From the NCBI GenBank assembly GCA_037445735.1, contig JBBIJY010000009.1, positions 12,974 through 76,973 on the forward strand: a stretch of DNA of 64,000 bases, in the 5' to 3' direction. This stretch comes from Armatimonadota bacterium (GTDB lineage: Bacteria; Armatimonadota; Fimbriimonadia; Fimbriimonadales; GBS-DC). Of this stretch, positions 9,580 to 19,435 are shown piece by piece. The notes under the pieces are model-generated. The model was not told the origin of the DNA and did no database searches. It saw only the letters and a list, made by a program, of their open reading frames with translations. The position numbers were made by a program, and so were the translations under genes. Within the stretch, counting starts at the first letter, position 1. Each line of letters opens with the position of its first letter.

Positions 9580-10708
9580 ATGCTGGATTTGCGGACCATC
9601 AGCGAATCGCTTCAGGAGGCTCGCCGACGCCTGCAGGCGATCGGGGAGCATCTTTGACATCGCCAATCTGAAGGCGGAACTCGCGCGGCTGGAGCGCGAG
9701 ACCGAGGACCCCACCTTCTGGGCGAACCCTGCGCGGGCGCAGGCGACGATGCAGACCATCGCCCGCCTGAAAAACCGCATCGAACCGTATGAGCGACTGC
9801 TCGCCACCGTTAGCGAATGCGACGAGTGGCTTAACCTGCTCCAGATGGAGTACGACGATGCGACTGCCCGCGAGGTTGCCGCGCAGGTCGAAGCGCTCAA
9901 GCGCGAGGTGGATCGGCTTGATCTGCTCACCCTGTTGAGCGGCGAGTACGACCGCCATAACGCCCTGCTGGAGATCGACGCGGGCGCGGGCGGCACGGAA
10001 GCGTGCGACTGGGTGCAGATGCTGCTGCGCATGTACCTGCGCTGGGCGCAACGCAAGGGCTTCCGCGCCGAAATCGTGGACGAGACGCCCGGCAGCGTCG
10101 TCGGCTATGCCAGCGTCGGCGTGCTGATCGAAGGCGACTACGCCTACGGACTGCTCAAATCGGAGCATGGCGTGCATCGCCTCGTGCGAATCTCGCCGTT
10201 CGACGCCAATCGCCGACGCCACACCACCTTCGCCCTCGTCGAAGTGATGCCCGATATCGAAGAGACCGCGATCCAGCTCAATCCTGAAGACCTGCGCATC
10301 GACACCTATCGGGCAAGCGGGCATGGCGGACAGCATGTGAACAAGACCGAATCGGCGGTGCGCATCACCCACATCCCGACGGGCATCACCGCCAGCTGCC
10401 AGAACGAACGCTCGCAACATCAGAACCGCGCCGTCGCGATGAAAGTGCTGGCTGCTCGCGTCGCCGAGTATTACCGCCGCCAGCAGGAACAGAAACTCCA
10501 GCAGCTCAAAGGCGATACCGTGCCTGCCGAATGGGGACACCAGATCCGCTCCTATGTGCTGCACCCCTACACACTGGTGAAAGACCACCGCACCGATTAC
10601 GAAACGGGCAACGCGCAGGCGGTGCTGGACGGCGACATCGACGGATTCATCGAAGCCTATCTGCGATGGAACGCTTCACGCCGCTCCGTCGTAGATATAA
10701 ACATATAA
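9580..10708 (+). CDS. prfB: Peptide chain release factor 2, requiring a programmed +1 frameshift (join 9580..9654, 9656..10708)
   Basis: Frame 0 runs from the ATG at 9580 to the in-frame TGA at 9655..9657. The +1 frame continues DIANLKAELARLE... into track ORF 9749..10708, which carries the RF2 motifs SPF and GGQHVN. Confidence 0.9.
9643..9658 (+). promoter_or_regulatory. prfB +1 frameshift cassette (internal SD-like GGGGAG, 3-nt spacer, CTT TGA C)
   Basis: The sequence is GGGGAGcatCTTTGAC. It has the same architecture and spacing as the E. coli prfB site AGGGGGtatCTTTGAC. Confidence 0.85.
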
Positions 10709-10741
10709 ACAGATAGGCGCGTTGCCTGTCGGGAGTTCAAT

Positions 10742-11377
10742 ATGCGAAAACTGTGGCTGATAGTGGTGATAGCTGGGCTTGGACTGGGCATCTCATCTGC
10801 CCAGACGGTTCAGCTGTCGCGCGCGGTCTCGATGGAGAATGTGGGTGAGGGTGCGAACCCGATTGCCCAGACGCTGGTGGACGCCCTGCGCGCGGCAACG
10901 GGCGCCGATTTAGCCATGCTGGGCGCCGCCTTTTTTGATGAGAGCCTGCAGTTGCCCGCCGGTCAGCAACCCGTCGATGCCCTGCTAAAGGCGTTGCGCT
11001 ATCCCGACGACGAGGTGGTAGTGCTGAACCTGACGGGCGAGCAGCTCCTGCAGGCGCTGGAGCGCTCCGTCGAACTCTACCCGCAGAAGAACAACGCCTT
11101 CCTGCAGCTCACAGGCGCGGAGGTGCGCTTCGACCCGAAAGCGGAGCCGGGCAAGCGCGTGCGCAGCGTGATTATCGCGGGCGCGAAGCTCGACCCGAAA
11201 CGCACCTACCGCGTGGCGACCACCGCGCCGCTGGCGCGCGGCGCACTCGGCTACTTCCGAATCTGGAGCAAGGATCAAATCGCTTCCAGCACAGGGCGCA
11301 GCATCGCACAGGTGGTGCGCGACTACCTGCAACGCCAGCGCTCGCTCATCAGCGAACCCGCGTGGATCGCAGAGTAA
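10742..11377 (+). CDS. Secreted protein with a 5'-nucleotidase C-terminal-like domain
   Basis: Signal peptide (MRKLWLIVVIAGLGLGISSAQ). The motifs NPIAQTLVDALR..GADLAMLGA and the remaining layout resemble the substrate-binding C-domain of UshA-type nucleotidases. No metallophosphatase domain is present. Confidence 0.5.
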   Translation: MRKLWLIVVIAGLGLGISSAQTVQLSRAVSMENVGEGANPIAQTLVDALRAATGADLAMLGAAFFDESLQLPAGQQPVDALLKALRYPDDEVVVLNLTGEQLLQALERSVELYPQKNNAFLQLTGAEVRFDPKAEPGKRVRSVIIAGAKLDPKRTYRVATTAPLARGALGYFRIWSKDQIASSTGRSIAQVVRDYLQRQRSLISEPAWIAE

Positions 11378-11411
11378 CCGCCCGACTCTTATCAGGTATC
11401 ATAACCCCGCT

Positions 11412-11930
11412 ATGAGCGTGCAACCGACCCGGCGGACGCCCGCGTGGCTGATTGTGATGCTCATCGGGCTGGGGTTTTGCCTGCTTGCCAGCTGCTTCGT
11501 CTGCCCCGCGATTCTGTTCCCCGTGTTCAGTCAGGCACGCGAGCAGGCGCGCAGAACCGGGTGCCTGTCGAAGCTGAGCCAGCTGGTATCAGCCCAGCAG
11601 ATGTACGCTAACGATTATGGCGAGCGGTTCCCGCAAGCCTCACGCTGGGGCGATCTCACCCGCCCCTATGTGCCTGATCCAGACACCTATCGCTGCCCGT
11701 CCGTGCGGCATGGGCAGGGCTACGGCTATGCGATGAATGTGCGCCTCTCACGCCAGAAGATAACAGCCGTTGCGAACCCCGCACACACGCCGCTGGTATA
11801 TGACTCCTCCAATCTTGCCTGGAACGCACATGACCCCGTGACCAGCCTGCCCAGCCCGCCCCGCCATATTAAAGAGGTAAATAACATCGGCTTTGCGGAC
11901 GGGCACGCTCAATCGGTTCGTTCACCCTGA
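11412..11930 (+). CDS. DUF1559 / H-X9-DG-type pseudopilin-like protein
   Basis: A TM helix is followed by ILFPVFSQAREQARRTGCLSKLSQL and a C-terminal ...HIKEVNNIGFADGHAQSV. These are hallmarks of the DUF1559 family that is expanded in Planctomycetota and Armatimonadota. Confidence 0.6.
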   Translation: MSVQPTRRTPAWLIVMLIGLGFCLLASCFVCPAILFPVFSQAREQARRTGCLSKLSQLVSAQQMYANDYGERFPQASRWGDLTRPYVPDPDTYRCPSVRHGQGYGYAMNVRLSRQKITAVANPAHTPLVYDSSNLAWNAHDPVTSLPSPPRHIKEVNNIGFADGHAQSVRSP

Positions 11931-12493
11931 TGGAGTGGCTGCAGGAGTGGGATCGGCAGGTTCTCTACGCAATCAATCACGGACTGCACCACCCGCTGGT
12001 CAGCCCGCTGATGTGGGGTTTCACCGCGCTGGGGCTGGGCTGGGTGCAGCTGATTCTGTTGCTAACGGCGACGCTGTGCGTGCGCTGGCAGCATCGGTGG
12101 CGGCGACTGTTTTTACCTGGCTTTGTGGCATGGCTGGGCAGCGGCGCGACGGTTCAGATTCTGAAGCACCTGTTTCCGCGTCCGCGTCCATCGAATCTGC
12201 CCGATGTGCTGGTGGCGCCCGATGAGCGCATCTATGCGAACTCGTTCCCGTCGGGGCACACGGCGACGGCGTTCGCGCTGGCGTGCTGGCTGTGGCTGAT
12301 GGTGCGAGGCACGCGCTATCGCTGGCTGGGCTGGCTCGGCTGGCTGATGGCGACACTGGTGGGACTGTCCCGTATCTATCGCGGCGTGCATTACCCCTCT
12401 GATGTGCTAACGAGCGTCCTGATCGGCATCCTGTGGGGATTTGTTGCCTTCATCTGGTTTAATCGAAAGCCAGTAGTGGAGGTTTTCTCATGA
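11930..12493 (+). CDS. PAP2-family phosphatase (undecaprenyl-diphosphatase-like)
   Basis: Acid-phosphatase motifs KHLFPRPRP, SFPSGHT and SRIYRGVHYPSDV are present, with 5-6 TM segments. Confidence 0.8.
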   Translation: MEWLQEWDRQVLYAINHGLHHPLVSPLMWGFTALGLGWVQLILLLTATLCVRWQHRWRRLFLPGFVAWLGSGATVQILKHLFPRPRPSNLPDVLVAPDERIYANSFPSGHTATAFALACWLWLMVRGTRYRWLGWLGWLMATLVGLSRIYRGVHYPSDVLTSVLIGILWGFVAFIWFNRKPVVEVFS

Positions 12494-13239
12494 AATCAAT
12501 TCGCGGGCTCGACTTATGGCGCAGGTTTTGGATAGCCCTACTGCTTGCCTGTCCTGTCTGGCTTGCGTCAACCCTGTTGGGATTGGGACCTTACTTTGGA
12601 CGCTATCTGTACAGTTTATCGCTCTATGTACCATCGCATATATATTATAGTTTTATTGCATTATATTTCATATCAATTTTAATTTTTATATTTTCAATAT
12701 TCAGAAATATTGAAAATATAAAAATTAAAAGATTCGGAGTTCTAAAATTTTACCTGATGCTCGTGGTGCTACTCTACACTCCGCTTCTGGTAACAGCGAT
12801 CTATTTCGGTATGGATGAGATGCATGTCAATGAACAACTTAATCAGCGGGCGGCTGCAGTGTATCAGCAGCTCCAGTTATCAGGCTCACCCCCGGTGCAC
12901 CATCTCCCACTTACACCCCCTGCAAGTGAGTTTCTCGAATATCTGTTCTCGTTTTTGATCATTTTTACGGTAATATTCTCTGGATTATATATACACAATT
13001 CTTTTTTGCTATATCTTTGTAGCTGTGTGATGTCGATGTCGTTGATGTCGCTCTATTTTATCTGGCAAGGAGCGCATCGCTTCATGGTAGCCGACTGGTT
13101 TTTGCTGGCTGGTGCGATGGAGGGGCTGGCATGTGCAGCTGTTCTCGATATCTATAGAAAGCATATTCTATATCAAAGAGAAAACTTTTCATTTGAAAAA
13201 TTGGATATTGATAATCAAAACGGTGGTAGAAGAGAGTGA
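12490..13239 (+). CDS. Hypothetical polytopic membrane protein, strongly AT-rich
   Basis: 249-aa ORF whose start overlaps the PAP2 stop (ATGA). It has several hydrophobic segments rich in I/F/Y/L/N/K and no recognisable motif. Composition is unlike the neighbours: 6 G+C in the 60 nt at 12661-12720. Confidence 0.45.
   Translation: MKSIRGLDLWRRFWIALLLACPVWLASTLLGLGPYFGRYLYSLSLYVPSHIYYSFIALYFISILIFIFSIFRNIENIKIKRFGVLKFYLMLVVLLYTPLLVTAIYFGMDEMHVNEQLNQRAAAVYQQLQLSGSPPVHHLPLTPPASEFLEYLFSFLIIFTVIFSGLYIHNSFLLYLCSCVMSMSLMSLYFIWQGAHRFMVADWFLLAGAMEGLACAAVLDIYRKHILYQRENFSFEKLDIDNQNGGRRE
12677..12730. repeat. Perfect 25-bp inverted repeat with a 4-nt loop inside the AT-rich CDS
   Basis: The left arm TTTTAATTTTTATATTTTCAATATT, loop caga, and right arm AATATTGAAAATATAAAAATTAAAA were verified base by base. 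Confidence 0.9.
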
Positions 13240-14438
13240 GGGTCAAAGATGTTTTTGAGTCGCTGGGCGAGGGGCGAGCGGCGTTCGGCGTGCAGAGGTG
13301 TGGGCGGCTCGCCCTCCTGGAGAGAGGGAGGCATCTGCAGGGCGTACCAGCGCGGCGTTCCAACGCCCGCATCTGCGCCCTGCAACGCCTGAAGCGCCTG
13401 CTTCGCTGGCTCGTCCGCTTCACAACTGACATACAGCACGCCGCTGCCCGCATGGGCATAGAGATCACAACCCTCAACAGCCGATAATCGCGCCATCCAG
13501 TCGGCGACCTCACTGCTGCGCATCAGCAGCTTGAGCAGCAGGTGATGCTGGCGCGGGGCGAGCCAGTCGCGCAGCCGTTCCAGCCACTCAGCGGGCGCAG
13601 GATTCGCTTCAAAACCCTGCTCCTGCAGCCAGCGCAGTTGCCAGGCGACGCCCGCCTCCGAGCCAGCGAACTCCAGCAGCAGAATCGGAGCCTCCACACC
13701 CGTCAGCGATGGGATGCGCACCAGATCGAGTCGTTCAGGCTGGAGGGGCGCCTGCATCAGCTGCGCGAGCGTCGGTTCGACCGAATCCCAGCGGGGGATG
13801 GCAAGTTGCACCGCCTGACGCGCGGGAGGCAACGGCGCGACCTTGAGCGTGATCTCGGTGATGACGCCGAGCGTGCCCCAGCTGCCGCACATCAGTCGAT
13901 GGAGGTCGTAGCCCGCGACGCTTTTGACCACCTTCGCGCCGCTTTTGAAGGGGATGCCGTCGCCGCGGATGGCACGCAGGGCTAACAGGCGGTCGCGCGG
14001 GGTGCCGTGTCGGAAGCGCCACGCGCCGCTGCGCCCGCTCGCCACAATCCCGCCAATCGTCGCCTCGTCGGGCAGCGGCGGGTTCCACGGCAGGTACTGC
14101 CCGTGCTGACCCAGAATCGCCTGCGCCGCACTCAGGCGCATCCCGGCACCGAGCGTGATGACCAGATCGGCAGGTGCATAGTCGATCAATCGGTTCAGAC
14201 GCAGGGTGCAGAGCGTCCAGCTGTAGGGTTCAGGTGGACGAATCGCGCCAAGGTGCGTGCCACTGCCCGCAATTGCGAACGGCAGCCGATAGCCCTTCGC
14301 ATGCTCGATCAGGGCGACGATTTCCTGCTCGCTTTGCGGCGCCAGCACGAGGGACGGTTCGTGCCCGCCGATGGCATAGCGAGCGCTTTCGCCCACAACG
14401 CCCTCACTGCCCACACACGCCCGGAGACCCTCAAGCAT
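13215..14438 (-). CDS. FAD-binding oxidoreductase (GlcE / FAD_binding_4-like)
   Basis: The N-terminal FAD-binding PCMH-type pattern (LVLAPQSEQEIVALIEHAKGYRLPFAIAGSGTHLG) and a 407-aa length fit a glycolate-oxidase-subunit-like protein. Confidence 0.7.
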   Translation of the reverse strand: MLEGLRACVGSEGVVGESARYAIGGHEPSLVLAPQSEQEIVALIEHAKGYRLPFAIAGSGTHLGAIRPPEPYSWTLCTLRLNRLIDYAPADLVITLGAGMRLSAAQAILGQHGQYLPWNPPLPDEATIGGIVASGRSGAWRFRHGTPRDRLLALRAIRGDGIPFKSGAKVVKSVAGYDLHRLMCGSWGTLGVITEITLKVAPLPPARQAVQLAIPRWDSVEPTLAQLMQAPLQPERLDLVRIPSLTGVEAPILLLEFAGSEAGVAWQLRWLQEQGFEANPAPAEWLERLRDWLAPRQHHLLLKLLMRSSEVADWMARLSAVEGCDLYAHAGSGVLYVSCEADEPAKQALQALQGADAGVGTPRWYALQMPPSLQEGEPPTPLHAERRSPLAQRLKNIFDPHSLLPPF

Positions 14439-15504
14439 CGTCGTTGAGCATCGCTTTCAGCTGCACGCCCAGCCCTGGCGCGTTCGAAGGCAGCACGCGC
14501 CCATCTATCAGCGACCCGCCTTCGAACGGGTCATTCAACAGGTTCAGGTGGCTGTCCAGATCAAGATGGTCGGCGAGTGGGGCAATCTGCGCCGCCGCGC
14601 TGATGGCAAGACTGCTGTCCGAGTAGCAGCCGTACATCACCTGCAAGCCGAGCGCACGCGCCGTATGCACCATCCGCACCGCCTCCGTGATACCCCCGCA
14701 CTTCATCAGCTTGATGTTGATGCCGTGAACGCGGTCGGCGAAGCGTGCCACATCGCGGCTGTCGAAGCAGCTTTCATCGATAAAGAGCGGGATGGGCGTG
14801 TGGCGATAGAGTTCGGGCAGGGCATCTTCCTCGCCGCGGCGGAGCGGTTGCTCCACATATTCCACCCCGCGCTCCGCCAGCCAGCGAACCATGCGCTGGG
14901 CGTCGGCGAGGCTCCAGCCGCCGTTCGCGTCCACTCGCAGCGCGACACGCTGGTTCAGGGTGCGCAGCTCGTCGCGAATGGCTTCCAGCATCGCCTGATC
15001 CGCTTCGATGCCGTCAGGGTTGCCCATCTTGATTTTGAGGGCGCGGGCGTGGGTAAGCTGGAGCCAGTCGCGCACGCGCTGGCGGGCGACTTCGGGCGGG
15101 TTGATGCCAATCGTCACGGAGGTGGGCACGATTCGCTCGCGTGCCAGCCCCATCAGCTGCCACAGGGGTAGCCCCGCGCGTTTGCCCAGCCAGTCGAGCA
15201 GCGCCATGTCGATGGCGGCGCGGGCAGCGGAGGGGAGTTCCATCTCGCGCAGGCGCATCTCCACCTGCTGGCGCTGCAAAGGGTGCAGGTCGGCGAGCTG
15301 TGCGCGTGCCTGCTCCATCGCCTGAAGCAGGCTTTCGGTCGGCTGGCGATGGTCACCAATCGAAAAGGGCGACGCCTCGCCCCAGCCCTCGATCTCGTCC
15401 GCCTGAATCCGCACCCACACATTGGTGGTCTGCGCGGTCGTGCCCCGACTGATGGTCAGCGGAAACCGCTTCTGCACTGTGAAGGTCGTGAACGCTATCT
15501 GCAT
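14431..15504 (-). CDS. Dipeptide epimerase (enolase superfamily, L-Ala-D/L-Glu epimerase-like)
   Basis: Motifs FPLTISRGT...VWVRI..DEIEGWGEA, LKIKMG, LRVDANGGW, EQP and DES.. are the MR/MLE fold metal-ligand pattern. It overlaps the downstream FAD gene by 8 nt, suggesting an operon. Confidence 0.8.
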   Translation of the reverse strand: MQIAFTTFTVQKRFPLTISRGTTAQTTNVWVRIQADEIEGWGEASPFSIGDHRQPTESLLQAMEQARAQLADLHPLQRQQVEMRLREMELPSAARAAIDMALLDWLGKRAGLPLWQLMGLARERIVPTSVTIGINPPEVARQRVRDWLQLTHARALKIKMGNPDGIEADQAMLEAIRDELRTLNQRVALRVDANGGWSLADAQRMVRWLAERGVEYVEQPLRRGEEDALPELYRHTPIPLFIDESCFDSRDVARFADRVHGINIKLMKCGGITEAVRMVHTARALGLQVMYGCYSDSSLAISAAAQIAPLADHLDLDSHLNLLNDPFEGGSLIDGRVLPSNAPGLGVQLKAMLNDDA

Positions 15505-15586
15505 CGTGTTCCCTGTTTCGCCCGACGGCAGCTGAATCCTGTCCCGATGCCGGGAGGGATGCCCCAGCCGCGCCTGCCTGCGGGGT

Positions 15587-17353
15587 ATGCTTCTGGATTG
15601 CTGGATGAGGCGGGAAGCGAGCGAGCCGGCACATCAGGGTGATGGGCAGCGGCAGCGGTGGCGGGCGTGGCTTATCGGCGGGCTGCTGTTTCTGATAGCG
15701 CTCGGCGTGCGACTGATAGCCATCCGCTGGGGGTTGCCCAACGAGCAACATCACTTCTCGTATCATCCCGACGAGTGGCTGGTGCTGGCGGTCAGCTACG
15801 GCAATCTGAACCCCTACGCGGGCGACTGGCTGCCCCATTTTTACAACTATGGCTCGTTGACCCTTTATTTGTGGAGCGTGTGGCTGCACTGGCTGACCGC
15901 GCTGGGCGTGTTGCCGTCGTTATCGGCGGAACCGACGGCGCTGGAGCTGATGCGCTGGCGGGCGGAGGCGCACTTCTGGGCACGGCTGCTGGTTGCCCTC
16001 ATGGGCGCGGGCACAGCGCTGGTGGTCGCCCGCACGCTTATGCAGGTTGCCAGCGCGCGTGCCGGCTGGGTTGCGGGGCTGGCGATGGCGCTCGCGCCCG
16101 CTTTTGTTGTCCACTCGCGTTTCCAGACCGTCGATGTGCCGACCACCTTCTTTGTGGCGCTGGCGTTGCAGGCGTCGGTGCGCCTGATTGGGTCCGATCA
16201 GCCCGCGCAGGCGATGCGGGCACTGCTGTGGGGCGCGTTCTGGTCGGGCTGCGCCGCAGGCTGCAAATACAACGCGGGGCTGATACTGCTTGCGCCGCTG
16301 GCTAACCTGGGGCTGAAGGCGCGTGCGGAGCGGTGGACACTCGCTCGCATGTTCAGTGGTGCGCTGGGCGCGGTGGGTATCGCGCTCGGCACCTTCCTGC
16401 TGGTCTGCCCCGGTGCGTGGGCGGAGCCACAGGTGTTCTGGCGTGACTTCCGCTACGAACTGTTGCATGTTCAGCGCGGGCATGGTGCGATTTTCACGCA
16501 GACGGGGCTGGGCTGGCTGTTCCATATCCGTCCGAACCTGACGGTCGGCTTCGGGGCGGTGCCGTTGCTGGTCAGCGTGCTGGGCTGGGTGCTGGCGGGC
16601 GCGCGCTGCCGGGCGATGGCAGGCGGATTGATTGCCGCGCTCGCCTACTTTGTGCTGATTGGGAGCGCGGAGGTGCGTTTCCTGCGCTACACCTTTCCGC
16701 TCTATCCCGTGCTGGCGATGGGGCTGGGCTGGCTAACCGTCAGCGCCGGGCACCAGCGGTTCATCTTCGCCCTTGCGGGGCTGGCGCTGGCGTGGCAACT
16801 CGCGTGGACAACTGCGCTCACCGCCTGCATGCTGCGCCCCGACGCGCGAGACCAAACCGTGAAATGGTTCGACAGCCATGCACCCGCGAACAGCAGGATC
16901 GGCTTCCCGACGGTGCCATGGTTCTACACGCCGCCGTTCTATCCTGACACGGGCGAGCTGAGGTGGCAGGAACGGCTGGCGCGAATGCACGCCTTTCAGG
17001 GACGGTATCGGTTGATCGCGCTTGCGCCACCCGAGTGGGATGCCGACGCTCTGCAACGCACTCTGCCCGACTATGTGGTCATCAGCGATTTTGAGGAGCG
17101 CGATGTTCGTCGAATCGGGCGTGCCGATTATCGGGCATTCATGACCGTGCTCAAGGCGCACTATCGGCTCGTTCGCGCGTTTCGAAACGACCCGCGTCCC
17201 TTCAGCGCGGACGACCTGCCCCACGACCTGCTCTATATCTGCCCTGCTGTGCGCGTGTACGCCCGTGTTTCCATTTCAATCCCTCAGAGGCGATCGCTCC
17301 GTTCACCCTACCTGCAGGGACAACCTCACGGAGGGGTGCTGGTCGGTCTTTGA
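15587..17353 (+). CDS. GT-C fold membrane glycosyltransferase (GT39/ArnT/PMT-like)
   Basis: 588 aa with a polytopic N-terminal two thirds and a soluble C-terminal domain. An early loop reads YHPDEW. The general ArnT/PMT_2 layout is present. Start uncertain (alternative ATG at 15605). Confidence 0.5.
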   Translation: MLLDCWMRREASEPAHQGDGQRQRWRAWLIGGLLFLIALGVRLIAIRWGLPNEQHHFSYHPDEWLVLAVSYGNLNPYAGDWLPHFYNYGSLTLYLWSVWLHWLTALGVLPSLSAEPTALELMRWRAEAHFWARLLVALMGAGTALVVARTLMQVASARAGWVAGLAMALAPAFVVHSRFQTVDVPTTFFVALALQASVRLIGSDQPAQAMRALLWGAFWSGCAAGCKYNAGLILLAPLANLGLKARAERWTLARMFSGALGAVGIALGTFLLVCPGAWAEPQVFWRDFRYELLHVQRGHGAIFTQTGLGWLFHIRPNLTVGFGAVPLLVSVLGWVLAGARCRAMAGGLIAALAYFVLIGSAEVRFLRYTFPLYPVLAMGLGWLTVSAGHQRFIFALAGLALAWQLAWTTALTACMLRPDARDQTVKWFDSHAPANSRIGFPTVPWFYTPPFYPDTGELRWQERLARMHAFQGRYRLIALAPPEWDADALQRTLPDYVVISDFEERDVRRIGRADYRAFMTVLKAHYRLVRAFRNDPRPFSADDLPHDLLYICPAVRVYARVSISIPQRRSLRSPYLQGQPHGGVLVGL

Positions 17354-17357
17354 CCAT

Positions 17358-19435
<2,078 letters not shown>

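Noticed and set aside
9599-10588. 329-aa minus-strand ORF
   Set aside because: It is antisense to prfB, which carries the GGQ and SPF motifs.
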